The notes beneath the pieces are model-generated. The model searched no databases. It was not told the DNA's origin and worked only from the letters and a program-made list of their open reading frames with translations. The position numbers and the translations under genes were made by a program. This document shows positions 16,382-26,169 of a DNA stretch of 64,000 nucleotides, piece by piece. Numbering within the stretch: the first letter of the stretch is position 1; every line of letters starts with the position of its first letter. Origin of the DNA: a virus (taxonomy: Duplodnaviria > Caudoviricetes); the IMG/VR virus record IMGVR_UViG_3300037067_018912, positions 293,276 to 357,275 of that record. One strand, written 5' to 3'.

Positions 16382-16496
16382 ATGATTGTTGGTGTATTGT
16401 TTTAATGTATTGGTAAATTCCCCGGCATCGTCCGGGGTTTTTTATTGTACATATCGAGTATTTATGGTATATTTGCAGATTATCTGACACCCAAAA

Positions 16497-16979
16497 ATGA
16501 AATACACCAAGTACCTCCTTAAAGGAGATTATATCAACATTGAACAATTCGAAAACAAGGAACACCCTTTGTACAACTTTCCACTTGTAGCGATTTCAAT
16601 ACCTCTTACCGTGGCATTGCTTGGGGGAATTATCGTCATGCTCCCGGTTACAATAACGTTTGATAACGGACGGTGGTTGTGGTATAAATGGTTGCTGTAT
16701 GACCGGAAGTATAACCTCTCATATAATGTTCAAAAGACTGTAACAAACATGGAGGCATACCGTATCATTGATCATGGATTCAATAAATTAACACACGGTA
16801 TCAATGAGCAAACCAATATTTTATCAGGCAGTTTTGCAACCCTTGACGGACGAGGAATTAAAAAAGGAATTGAGAGGTTGCACCTTATCCGAACGAATGG
16901 AAACAGAAGAAGCGAAATGCCCAATCTGTGGCCGAAACGAATGGTGGCTATTGCCAAAAGTATCAGTCTCAGTGCGTGA
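16497..16979 (+). CDS. putative membrane protein
   Basis: TM segment; host-type TATATTTG box upstream; overlaps next ORF. Confidence 0.55.
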   Translation: MKYTKYLLKGDYINIEQFENKEHPLYNFPLVAISIPLTVALLGGIIVMLPVTITFDNGRWLWYKWLLYDRKYNLSYNVQKTVTNMEAYRIIDHGFNKLTHGINEQTNILSGSFATLDGRGIKKGIERLHLIRTNGNRRSEMPNLWPKRMVAIAKSISLSA

Positions 16980-17034
16980 GGGTGGCAAGCCTTACATAGA
17001 GTGCCTGCATTGCGGACACACCACACACCTGTAA
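16804..17034 (+). CDS. Zn-ribbon protein
   Basis: CPIC...CLHC. Confidence 0.6.
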   Translation: MSKPIFYQAVLQPLTDEELKKELRGCTLSERMETEEAKCPICGRNEWWLLPKVSVSVREGGKPYIECLHCGHTTHL

Positions 17035-17136
17035 AATCCTGGCTCTAAGGCCATTTTATTTAAAATCTTTTCGCCCTGTGATTGTAACATCACGGGGTTT
17101 TTTACGTAATATCTTACATAATCAACACACAATACA

Positions 17137-17325
17137 ATGGAAAAGAAATTCGTAATTTATTGGGATGAAACCTACATGACTTCCAAATCAAGAGTGGTTG
17201 AATTGAGTTTTTTCAGCGCACTTAAAGGTTTTGATATCGAAGATCAGAACGCTGTTGAACGTCTTGACATTGGCGAAACCACACCAATGGATAACAATCA
17301 CATTTGGATAATGAGAGTAAAATAA
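17137..17325 (+). CDS. hypothetical protein
   Basis: ATG after promoter repeat. Confidence 0.7.
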   Translation: MEKKFVIYWDETYMTSKSRVVELSFFSALKGFDIEDQNAVERLDIGETTPMDNNHIWIMRVK

Positions 17326-17341
17326 CCAATACACACAAGCA

Positions 17342-17728
17342 ATGAAAGCAACAAAATGGATTTGTGAGAACTGCAACAGCGATAATGTTGAGTTCAAAGC
17401 ATGGGTAAAACCCAATGAGAATAACAAATTTGTCGATTATTCCGGTGAGGAAAGTGACGACAATTATTGTCAGGATTGCCAAAAGCACGTTGAAACACAC
17501 CAAGTCGAAATCAAAACCGGGGCAAAAATTATAGGCTTTCAGGTTGTTGGTGAGGGTGATTTGGAGGGTGAAATTCATCCCGATATGGATGCAAGTTTTT
17601 GTGTTTACAATCTCTCACAGGCACGTAAAATGATTGAACTGAATGAAAACTATTGGCGACTCCTGACTATATGGAGTGGTGATATTGAAGAACCAACCAT
17701 GATGTTCAGAGGTAACCCAAGAAAGTAA
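17342..17728 (+). CDS. Zn-ribbon protein
   Basis: CENC...CQDC. Confidence 0.7.
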   Translation: MKATKWICENCNSDNVEFKAWVKPNENNKFVDYSGEESDDNYCQDCQKHVETHQVEIKTGAKIIGFQVVGEGDLEGEIHPDMDASFCVYNLSQARKMIELNENYWRLLTIWSGDIEEPTMMFRGNPRK

Positions 17729-17815
17729 ATGGTTTTATTTAAAACCTTAAAGACCCCGCCTGTAACAAGCGGGGTTTTTTTACGTATTATCTTACGTAAC
17801 CAATACACAAACACA

Positions 17816-18301
17816 ATGACTAAAAAGAGTTTCAAGGAAATGGCATCCTATCATCCTTACAGAGGACATGGAACTAAAGGTTTTAACGCCTTGTTCTTTG
17901 ATTGGAAGTCAGAGGACGTGAACGGCAAATATATCGTAGGCTTCAAGTATTGCCTATGGGCACGCACCGAGAACGCCACGAAGAAAGAACTCGAAGATAC
18001 CCTGTACGATTACATTACAGGCAAAATTGATGATACCAAAATTCCGTGGTATATGCAATTGGTTGAAGCATCCATCGACCAACAGAGGTTCAAAGTGCCT
18101 TTGGGTGGAAACGGCCTTAACAGCATGGTTAATCATTATATAAGTGTGATAATCCTTATGGTTAAAGGTCAGGCAAAGGGTATTGTAACCTCTCTCCCTG
18201 TTGTAAAGCAATGGTGGGATGATGCTCGTTACGTGAAAGTGCCTATTGTAGATTATTACAATGAAAAGGTGATAATAAGTACCATTCAAAACTATATGTG
18301 A
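17816..18301 (+). CDS. hypothetical protein
   Basis: Start reassigned after promoter repeat. Confidence 0.7.
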   Translation: MTKKSFKEMASYHPYRGHGTKGFNALFFDWKSEDVNGKYIVGFKYCLWARTENATKKELEDTLYDYITGKIDDTKIPWYMQLVEASIDQQRFKVPLGGNGLNSMVNHYISVIILMVKGQAKGIVTSLPVVKQWWDDARYVKVPIVDYYNEKVIISTIQNYM

Positions 18302-18302
18302 T

Positions 18303-18548
18303 ATGTACGACAGCCTATTCAGCGACGAAGATATTCGCAAAGTGTTGCAGGAACGAAACATATCAATTCCTGGCAGCAAGGCCGATTTGGCTTCCAAAGA
18401 GATTGGCGACAGGGTTTTCTTCCTATACGGCGAGGACAAGGATTATTATATTGTTATTGACAAAGAACCGGATTCCATGCTCGTATTGGTGAACCCAAAG
18501 AATAATTATCAATGCAAAACACATTCGACATTGGTCAAAGTATTGTAA
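18303..18548 (+). CDS. hypothetical protein
   Basis: Stop codon lies in the next TGTAAC. Confidence 0.6.
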   Translation: MYDSLFSDEDIRKVLQERNISIPGSKADLASKEIGDRVFFLYGEDKDYYIVIDKEPDSMLVLVNPKNNYQCKTHSTLVKVL

Positions 18549-18599
18549 CATTGCGGAATTTTTTACGTAACATCTTACATAATCAATACATACAATACA

Positions 18600-19046
18600 A
18601 TGGGAGGCTTTACACAAATCAGATTACGGCACACTTCAGAAGAAGTGATAGCAAGGGAAAATGAGGAACTGAAAAATTGCGGCGTTGCTCGTAGGTATCG
18701 TTTCTATTCCAATGCCGATATAAGAGCCGAATACGAATATTATCTTAAAGGCGACGGTAATTATCCGCCTCACCTCTTCCCCCCTCACAAAATCAATACT
18801 TTCGAGGATTTTAGAAAATATTGGTCGCCGGAGGCACTTGGAGAGGTCTTTGTTCCCAAAAATGGAACTCTTAACCTCGACTGTTATTTTGGCCGCACAA
18901 GCAAACGGGCAATGCACAATATAGCACGCTACCTGCTTTGTAATTCATCCAAAATTAAATCCGTCAACGGCTCATTCTCCACCTTTGTTGAGCGTTGCGG
19001 GTACGGGAAGAAGAACCAAGCCATATTAATGGAATTGGACAAATAA
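18600..19046 (+). CDS. hypothetical protein
   Basis: ATG after promoter repeat; terminator 19053-19077. Confidence 0.75.
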   Translation: MGGFTQIRLRHTSEEVIARENEELKNCGVARRYRFYSNADIRAEYEYYLKGDGNYPPHLFPPHKINTFEDFRKYWSPEALGEVFVPKNGTLNLDCYFGRTSKRAMHNIARYLLCNSSKIKSVNGSFSTFVERCGYGKKNQAILMELDK

Positions 19047-19131
19047 CATTAAGACCCGCATTATTGCGGGTTTTTTTGTAACCTTTCACCGCAATATACG
19101 TAATATCTTACATAATCAACATACAAACACA

Positions 19132-19398
19132 ATGGCAAAGAAATTACGAGTATCACCAACAGAACGATTAATCCTGACCGAAGCGGATGCAATCTCTTTA
19201 GAGAAAGTATTGCAGTATCTTTGGGAGGATGAACAGGAAAATCACAATTCTATGGTTGAAGAGGGTGGAATGTCTGAACCTGTTAATGGTGAACCCACCG
19301 ACGAAGAACACATTTTCTACCACCTGTACAAATTGAATCAAAAATTGCAGGAGTACAAGAACAGGAAAATTGACAAAATTTGCGACCGAAAATGGTAA
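19132..19398 (+). CDS. hypothetical protein
   Basis: ATG after promoter repeat. Confidence 0.7.
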   Translation: MAKKLRVSPTERLILTEADAISLEKVLQYLWEDEQENHNSMVEEGGMSEPVNGEPTDEEHIFYHLYKLNQKLQEYKNRKIDKICDRKW

Positions 19399-19712
19399 CC
19401 ACAGACAGAGCAAACGAAAGTTATAACATAGCCGTAAAGTATCTACGAGAGAAATACGGCTATAGAAGAAGCGGTCTTGTTGAGAGTGCCAGGAAACGGC
19501 TCGACAAAGCAAAGAACAAAAAGGAGCGCAAAGAGATTGATGACGAATTAACGGATGATGATTATATTCTGATTCACAACCCTATTCCTGACGATGACAG
19601 GGACGGCAAAGAAATAGAACTATTGTTAAGCCAATATCATTACGGTTATACTGTCCGGTTTGAATTGTACAACAAACTGTGTGAACTTGGAGTGATAAAG
19701 TACGAAGAGTAA
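19392..19712 (+). CDS. hypothetical protein
   Basis: Operon packing. Confidence 0.6.
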   Translation: MVTTDRANESYNIAVKYLREKYGYRRSGLVESARKRLDKAKNKKERKEIDDELTDDDYILIHNPIPDDDRDGKEIELLLSQYHYGYTVRFELYNKLCELGVIKYEE

Positions 19713-19948
19713 TGTCCATTTTAAATAAAATCATTATGAACGACACAAAAGATGTATTCATCAAAGATGAAGGCGACTTTGTAACCCTCGGTTTTCAAAC
19801 TGAAAAGGGAAAAATCGCTGCCCGTGAACTATTCCCCGCCAATTGGATATACGGTGAGAATGTCCTGAAAGTAGATGTTAGTATCAAAGACCAAAAAGCA
19901 TTTACCAAAGTACTTGAAATTAAAGAACTCACATGGGAAGAGTGCTAA
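19712..19948 (+). CDS. hypothetical protein
   Basis: TAATG overlap. Confidence 0.6.
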   Translation: MSILNKIIMNDTKDVFIKDEGDFVTLGFQTEKGKIAARELFPANWIYGENVLKVDVSIKDQKAFTKVLEIKELTWEEC

Positions 19949-20052
19949 AAGGATTGTCCATATCCTGGCAGTAATGTACAGAAAGAACCGGAGTGTTGTA
20001 ACATTCCGGTTTTTTTTACGTAATATCTTACATAACCAATACACACAATACT

Positions 20053-20259
20053 ATGTTGAAAGTTAAAGCACTTATAGTAGTAATGAGCCACCTGTCAGAT
20101 GCACAGGAGAAGTTCAGAATGTTTGGCAAGTTGGATGCACACGATATGTATAACGACATCAATTTTGCCAAGTATGTCATTCATAAGACCAATGGTAACC
20201 TGAACCAAGAAATTGATGCGGACAAGTTGTTCGACGAGTACGAAAAATCAATAAAATAA
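20053..20259 (+). CDS. hypothetical protein
   Basis: ATG after promoter repeat. Confidence 0.7.
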   Translation: MLKVKALIVVMSHLSDAQEKFRMFGKLDAHDMYNDINFAKYVIHKTNGNLNQEIDADKLFDEYEKSIK

Positions 20260-20266
20260 GGTTAAC

Positions 20267-20587
20267 ATGAAACAAATACAATTAACAGAGGAACAGTTTG
20301 ACGAGCAATATCATCCTGTCAAAAACCATCTCGACAACAACGCATCGTTTGACGGCTGTATGTTTGAAACCTATGGAGCAGAACTCCAACATATTGTTGG
20401 TTGTCTGAAAGGCACAAAGAGGCAGGTTTGGACGATTATTGAAAGTGACCGCAACGATAACATTTATTATCTCTCCGGTCTGCATATCGTAAACCGTTTG
20501 GGTTTCCTTGTCACGTTAGAACGTGTACCGGAAGACACCGAAGTTGAAGTTTTCATTGACATTGAATCTCACAAATTACCTGAATAA
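20267..20587 (+). CDS. hypothetical phage protein
   Basis: FETYG.E...VWTI...G.H.VNR.G pattern. Confidence 0.75.
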   Translation: MKQIQLTEEQFDEQYHPVKNHLDNNASFDGCMFETYGAELQHIVGCLKGTKRQVWTIIESDRNDNIYYLSGLHIVNRLGFLVTLERVPEDTEVEVFIDIESHKLPE

Positions 20588-20602
20588 CCAATTTTAAATA
20601 AA

Positions 20603-20791
20603 ATGGATAATACAATACATTTCAAACCGTTTAGTGATAATGGAAATGTCAGGTGTTTAAATGGAAATATTCATCGGACGTGTACAACTGATATAAGGAG
20701 AGTAACTTGTCTGAAATGTTTAAATCCAAATACCAACAAAGATTTTTGGTTTAAGCACGAACAAAAACGTGGTAATGCACATAAAAATTAA
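20603..20791 (+). CDS. small Cys/His-rich protein
   Basis: H...C...VTCLKC. Confidence 0.55.
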   Translation: MDNTIHFKPFSDNGNVRCLNGNIHRTCTTDIRRVTCLKCLNPNTNKDFWFKHEQKRGNAHKN

Positions 20792-20795
20792 AGCA

Positions 20796-21050
20796 ATGGC
20801 AAATCATATAACACAGTGGAAACCGCAGGTCACGATAAACGGCCAAACAACTGTATTCGATAACTATGCGGAAGTTAAGAGAAACATGAAACTCCTGCTT
20901 GACCGTAGTATAAGTGAAAGCAAAGGATTAAGATATAACGCTGAAGTTACGGTAAGCCGTTCAAGACGTGGCGAATGGGGTGAATGGTTCGAGTATTGGG
21001 GTTATAATGCCGAGCGTAAACCGTTAATTAAAAAACAAGGTTGGCAATAA
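20796..21050 (+). CDS. hypothetical protein
   Basis: RSRRGEWGEWFE.W. Confidence 0.65.
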   Translation: MANHITQWKPQVTINGQTTVFDNYAEVKRNMKLLLDRSISESKGLRYNAEVTVSRSRRGEWGEWFEYWGYNAERKPLIKKQGWQ

Positions 21051-21121
21051 AAAATCCTTATCCCGCTGTAACAAGCGGGATTTTTTTACGTAACATCTTA
21101 CGTAACCAATACACAACAACA

Positions 21122-21400
21122 ATGAAAAAAGGAACATTTATAAGCATTTGGGATAACGGTTCTTTCCGTACTCCTGCAATTCTGAACGAAGCCACGGGTG
21201 AAGTAACAACCACATCGGTTGATGTTTCCGATGATATTGGAACTTTAATGGAAGAATCGTTTGAAGACGAAGAGGGTGACGAATACGACATCTGCCCTGA
21301 GTGCCACGAATACATTCTCAAAACTGTGATGAAAGAGGGTGTTGGCAAGCACCTGTACGAAGCACAGGTTTGCAGTAACCCTGAGTGTGATAATCAGTAA
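21122..21400 (+). CDS. acidic Zn-ribbon protein
   Basis: CPEC...CSNPEC; ATG after promoter repeat. Confidence 0.7.
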   Translation: MKKGTFISIWDNGSFRTPAILNEATGEVTTTSVDVSDDIGTLMEESFEDEEGDEYDICPECHEYILKTVMKEGVGKHLYEAQVCSNPECDNQ

Positions 21401-21411
21401 ATCATAAAGCC

Positions 21412-21957
21412 ATGTATAGAAATTTCAGCAAAGACACTTTGGAAATCTCCCTCCGGAGATTGACAACCGAGGACAATAAAATTGTGTTGCACATTGAATC
21501 GGACTATTCCAATAGTCCCCGCAAAGCGCAACTGCACGTGAATGAAAAGAACATAGCCGAGACTGTTGAAAAAACGTGGAAATCCATTAAGACCAAAAAA
21601 ATGTTAAGTCTTAACACTTGGTTTGGTGAGATTGATTGGTATGACAACATGACTGACATTTACGAGACCCCGATGGTTAACATCAAAAGGGGACTAAAGC
21701 GTGCTAAAATTGCCCACAAGGAACACGGCTCAATACCCAAGGATTGGTCATTCAACGTGGGAATCGTGTTCAGTGACACAACAACAAACACTCCGGTGTT
21801 AGAGGTCTTAAACAAAGTGTTATACAGCCTCTTCACCAAAGAGATTGAAAAGGAATTTGTAAAGGCAATAAAGCCATTCCTCCGGAAAGAAAAGAGCAAC
21901 GTAAGTTATTCCTTTCCCGTGGAAGACAAACCGTACACCCCGCCAAGATTTTGGTAA
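21412..21957 (+). CDS. hypothetical protein
   Basis: Operon packing; terminator 22007-22036. Confidence 0.7.
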   Translation: MYRNFSKDTLEISLRRLTTEDNKIVLHIESDYSNSPRKAQLHVNEKNIAETVEKTWKSIKTKKMLSLNTWFGEIDWYDNMTDIYETPMVNIKRGLKRAKIAHKEHGSIPKDWSFNVGIVFSDTTTNTPVLEVLNKVLYSLFTKEIEKEFVKAIKPFLRKEKSNVSYSFPVEDKPYTPPRFW

Positions 21958-22070
21958 GAGGACACTGAAAGATATTATTGTGTATATTGTGTTGATTGAT
22001 TATGTAAGCCAGGGACGCCATTCCCTGGCTTTTTTTGTAACATTCCAGATCATTTTACGTAAAATCTTAC

Positions 22071-22143
22071 ATAGGGCGGGTGAAACTGCGGTGCAGTAAT
22101 CCGACCCTACCCGCAAGTGTAAGTTTAGAATCATTCCAAATAA
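22071..22143 (+). ncRNA. duplicated structured element, copy 1
   Basis: Near-identical to 27992-28064; begins at the expected +1 of promoter 22036. Confidence 0.6.
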
Positions 22144-22235
22144 TCCACACATCAGTATTTATTCATGCATGGGTTGTAACAATCCGGAGTATTTTACGTA
22201 ATATCTTACATAAACATAATCAAAACAAACACAAT

Positions 22236-23036
22236 ATGAAATTTAAAAATCCCGCAACAGCAAAGAGAGAAGCAGGTGTTTCTTACCTCGGCAACATCAA
22301 TTCATCGGCAAAGATGATTAAGAACAAAAAGGTAAGTAACAATTACACCTATATCATTTATCTTTCTCCTGCCAAGACGAGTGGTTTCAACGTTTGCACT
22401 CATTCAACACCTGAATGCCGTATGGGTTGTCTCGCAAACAGCGGTAGGGCAAAAGTGGAAGAATACGCCCACAGAAACGTTATTAAGCACGCAAGGGTTG
22501 TAAAAACCCGCTTGTTCTTTGAGGACAAAGATTATTTTATGGCTTGGATGGCTGCAGAAATGAAATCTTATCAACAGAAAGCCAAGAAAGACGGTTATGC
22601 ATTTTCCGCACGCCTGAACGGCACATCGGACATTGATTGGGCAGACAAGAGCGAATTTGGTACAACCATATTTGAAATGTTTCCCGAAGTGCAGTTTTAC
22701 GATTATACTAAGAACCCGCACAAATTCATTAACAAACCTGAAAACTATCATTTAACCTTTTCCTACACAGGCCGTAATTGGGACACCTGCAAAGGCTTAC
22801 TGGACGCAGGTTTCAACGTGGCTGTCATATTCGACACCACCAAGAAAGAACAACTTCCGGCCACGTTCAAAGGTTATGAGGTTATCAATGGCGACCTTAC
22901 AGACTACAGGCCATATGACGGTAAGGGTGTGATTGTCGGCCTCCGCTACAAGGATTGCGCTGATAAGAACATCAACAAGGAACTCTTAAACGGTTGCTTC
23001 GTGGTTAAGACTGCCAAAGAATTGGTTGAAGCCTAA
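22236..23036 (+). CDS. gp88-like (radical-SAM-related) phage protein
   Basis: Cx6CxxxC, RLNGTSDI.W, QFYDYTK, NYHLTFS, GD..D.R motifs. Confidence 0.75.
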   Translation: MKFKNPATAKREAGVSYLGNINSSAKMIKNKKVSNNYTYIIYLSPAKTSGFNVCTHSTPECRMGCLANSGRAKVEEYAHRNVIKHARVVKTRLFFEDKDYFMAWMAAEMKSYQQKAKKDGYAFSARLNGTSDIDWADKSEFGTTIFEMFPEVQFYDYTKNPHKFINKPENYHLTFSYTGRNWDTCKGLLDAGFNVAVIFDTTKKEQLPATFKGYEVINGDLTDYRPYDGKGVIVGLRYKDCADKNINKELLNGCFVVKTAKELVEA

Positions 23037-23131
23037 AGAATTGTCATAAAGAATGACCATAAACCCTGCAAGTTTTGTAACTTTGCAGGGTTTTTTACGT
23101 AATATCTTACATAAACACAATACACAACACA

Positions 23132-23998
23132 ATGAATGTTTTATCCCTTTTCGACGGAATGTCTTGCGGACAGTTGGCTCTCAGAAAGACCAATATAAAG
23201 TACGATAACTATTTCGCAAGTGAGATTGAGAAAGACTCTATAACGGTCGCAACAGCCAATTTTCCCGGCACAATCCAACTCGGAGACGTGACCAAAATCA
23301 CCGCCTCAATGTTGCCACAAATCGACCTTTTAATCGGTGGTTCACCTTGTCAGGGTTTCTCCAATAGCGGAGACGGCCTGAATTTCAGCGACCCCCGCAG
23401 CAAACTGTTTTTTGAATTTGTGAGGTTGTTAAAGGAATTGAAGCCGAAGTATTTCCTGCTCGAAAATGTTGTTATGAAAAAGGAATGGGCAGCAGTCATA
23501 ACCAAATACTTAGGTGTTGATTACATTAAAATCAATTCATCCCTCTTTGTTCCACAGAACAGGCCGAGATTATATTGGACTAACATACCTCTCAATATTG
23601 CCCTCCACATGGAAATGGACGGCATAGAGCCACACGGCAAGACCTTGAAAGATATTCTTCTGCCTGATGGTGATGAGAGGCTGAAACCTTTTATGTTGTC
23701 AGAAAAGGCAAAGGGTTATATGAGCCGTGACAGGCAACCCGGCAAACCGAGGTGGGAATATCACACTAACCCATTGTCCGGTAACGCCGCCTGTCTGACC
23801 GCCAATATGTACAAGGGTGTGCCTTACGGTGTTATTAAAGAGAAAATGCGTAGGTTACATCCTATTGAATGTGAACGTCTGCAGGGTGTTCCTGACGATT
23901 ACACTTCTATGGTGTCAAACACATCAAGGTACAAGATGTTGGGTAATGGTTGGACTGTTGATACAATTGCTTACATAATGTCCTTTATGGAACTTTAA
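23132..23998 (+). CDS. orphan DNA (cytosine-5) methyltransferase
   Basis: SLFDG, GGSPCQGFS, ENV, QNRPR, ERLQG, LGNGW. Confidence 0.92.
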   Translation: MNVLSLFDGMSCGQLALRKTNIKYDNYFASEIEKDSITVATANFPGTIQLGDVTKITASMLPQIDLLIGGSPCQGFSNSGDGLNFSDPRSKLFFEFVRLLKELKPKYFLLENVVMKKEWAAVITKYLGVDYIKINSSLFVPQNRPRLYWTNIPLNIALHMEMDGIEPHGKTLKDILLPDGDERLKPFMLSEKAKGYMSRDRQPGKPRWEYHTNPLSGNAACLTANMYKGVPYGVIKEKMRRLHPIECERLQGVPDDYTSMVSNTSRYKMLGNGWTVDTIAYIMSFMEL

Positions 23999-24009
23999 CC
24001 AATGTACAA

Positions 24010-24249
24010 ATGAAAACGAAAGTCTTATATTTTTGCAGTAATACTCAAAAGAATTACTATCACATTTGGACTGTGTTAAAAGAAAAGTTTGACAATCTGA
24101 CAGCCATAACTGTAGATGAAGTTGAAGAGTATTTGAACAGCATCAATGCAAAGTTTTACATCAAAGAACATCCATACCAATTGGAACTTTATAACCCTGA
24201 GAACGAATATGTTTTCTGTATTAATAAGCCAACAGAATGTCCATTGTAA
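24010..24249 (+). CDS. hypothetical protein
   Basis: Stop codon within next TGTAAC. Confidence 0.6.
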   Translation: MKTKVLYFCSNTQKNYYHIWTVLKEKFDNLTAITVDEVEEYLNSINAKFYIKEHPYQLELYNPENEYVFCINKPTECPL

Positions 24250-24300
24250 CATTTCAAGGTTTTATACGTAACATCTTACATAACCAATGTACAAACACAA

Positions 24301-24846
24301 ATGAATAAGCCAAAATTAGAACTAAAGAAAATCAAGACTTTCCGTGGTATGGAGGGTTATGGTCTGAACGCCGACCTGTATATCAACGGTGTGAAATGTT
24401 ATTTTGTTCTCGACGAGGGTAATGGTGGTGAGATTGATTTCCAACCTGAACTCTATCAGAACCCCAAGGCCGAGCAAGTTAAAGCCAACATAAAACTGTT
24501 GGACGAATACATCGCCACCCTGCCGGAACAGGAACTCTTCACCGATGATAAAGGTAAGAAGCACACATACAAACCCGATTTGTCATTTATCCTTGACGAA
24601 CTGATTAACGAGCAGGAAAAGGCCAAAGTCGCCAAGAAGATGGAGAAACTGTTCGAGACTGCTATTTGTTTCGGTGTGCCGAATAGTGGCAGGTACAGAT
24701 ATATTACTTGGAAAAACAAAAAACCGCTTTCCGCAATGCCGAAGATTATTATCCAAGGCGAAGTGAACCGGATAAAGGCGAAAGAATGCAAAGACGGCGT
24801 TGTCATTCTCAACACCAACCTGCAATCACTTGGTATTATACTGTAA
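24301..24846 (+). CDS. hypothetical phage protein
   Basis: ADLYING...DEGNGG; ATG after promoter repeat. Confidence 0.75.
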   Translation: MNKPKLELKKIKTFRGMEGYGLNADLYINGVKCYFVLDEGNGGEIDFQPELYQNPKAEQVKANIKLLDEYIATLPEQELFTDDKGKKHTYKPDLSFILDELINEQEKAKVAKKMEKLFETAICFGVPNSGRYRYITWKNKKPLSAMPKIIIQGEVNRIKAKECKDGVVILNTNLQSLGIIL

Positions 24847-24859
24847 AATAAACAGACAA

Positions 24860-25033
24860 ATGGACACGAATAAAAAGTTTATTATTGTAGATAATCTTGA
24901 TGATCATCAGGGTTATAATGGTGAAGAAGTTATTGTAGTAACAGAACATGGCGAAAACTATTTCACCGTTCAATCAACCAAAAGTAATTTGCAATGGATG
25001 TGTGGTGAGGAAGAATTACAAGAAATTAAATAA
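24860..25033 (+). CDS. small hypothetical protein
   Basis: Start reassigned to MDTNKK. Confidence 0.55.
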   Translation: MDTNKKFIIVDNLDDHQGYNGEEVIVVTEHGENYFTVQSTKSNLQWMCGEEELQEIK

Positions 25034-25123
25034 AGCCACACGTAAGATATCAGAGAGGGGGTTTGTTTTGTAACATTCCCCCTTTTTTTACGTAATATCT
25101 TACACAATCAATATACAAACACA

Positions 25124-25543
25124 ATGGGAAGAATAAAACAAATGAAAGCGGATATCGAAGTTATGCTCTTTGATATCTATCATCACATCGGTATTGATAA
25201 GCCGACCAATCATGAAGAGATTGTCGATTTCGTCTTCAATGATGTTGCAGAAGCAGCAGGAATTGAATCAGGCGATTTTCATTCCGGTGATGTGGCTATA
25301 GGTTTCCGCAGATGGATGGAATCGAAACCCACAGAACAGAACATTTACCTCCTCTTCGGCGAACAGGCCGTCAGAGCATATGAAGATGGTGGAGTTGAAG
25401 CCGCTGTGGAAAGCGTTAAGAATGGTGAGGGTTCGGTGTACCATTGGAATTCAAACCGTGACAATCCTATGTCACTTCTTGGTGAGGCTGACGGTTGGGA
25501 AGATTATACCGAGATTACCAAAGAAGAATATGATCAATTTTAA
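25124..25543 (+). CDS. two-module hypothetical protein
   Basis: C-terminal module paralogous to 13974..14234. Confidence 0.75.
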   Translation: MGRIKQMKADIEVMLFDIYHHIGIDKPTNHEEIVDFVFNDVAEAAGIESGDFHSGDVAIGFRRWMESKPTEQNIYLLFGEQAVRAYEDGGVEAAVESVKNGEGSVYHWNSNRDNPMSLLGEADGWEDYTEITKEEYDQF

Positions 25544-25617
25544 AGAAACCACGCCGGGGGTGTAACAAACCCCCGGTTATTACGTAATATCTTACACAAC
25601 AATAAAGCATAACCACA

Positions 25618-26133
25618 ATGAAAGATAATATTTGGTCAGAAATCAGAAGCAACTTTGAAGACGAAGGCGTTATTCATATTGATGCTTGGATCAGCGGAGA
25701 CGACAACGAAGAAGGTAAAGTTATTGCCACCATCGACAAGGCAACAAGTGTTGTTTCTTACCGGGATGACCGGGCGAAAACTGATGCATATGCACAGGAA
25801 ATAATAGCAGAAGTCTTGGCTGACCTCACCAAAAGTACTATTCCTGATGAGGATGCAAACTTCACACAGTTCATGGTGGAAATGAATGGCAAATTGAAAC
25901 CCCCTACACCGAAGAACGCCACCGATAAAATAGAAGATTTGACATACGATATTGACGTCCGTGGTGACTACGCCCTGTTCATTGAAAAGAAACATTTCAT
26001 CGAAGAATGGAAACTCGACAATGAGGCGAGAGAAGCCGCAGGTGGTATAACGTTCTTCCGGGTGATCCGGGACGGCGTGCAGCAATCCGGCCACGGATGG
26101 ATTGAGAACGGCGAGATTGTTCAATGGGGTTAA
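25618..26133 (+). CDS. hypothetical protein
   Basis: ATG after promoter repeat. Confidence 0.7.
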   Translation: MKDNIWSEIRSNFEDEGVIHIDAWISGDDNEEGKVIATIDKATSVVSYRDDRAKTDAYAQEIIAEVLADLTKSTIPDEDANFTQFMVEMNGKLKPPTPKNATDKIEDLTYDIDVRGDYALFIEKKHFIEEWKLDNEAREAAGGITFFRVIRDGVQQSGHGWIENGEIVQWG

Positions 26134-26169
26134 TAATCACAATGAAGAGACTTTAAATAAATCAATAAT

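Noticed and set aside
13400-25620. Recurrent ~35-bp motif as a CRISPR array
   Set aside because: Copies are separated by 0.1-1.2 kb containing whole genes, are degenerate, and no cas genes are present; promoter geometry explains them.
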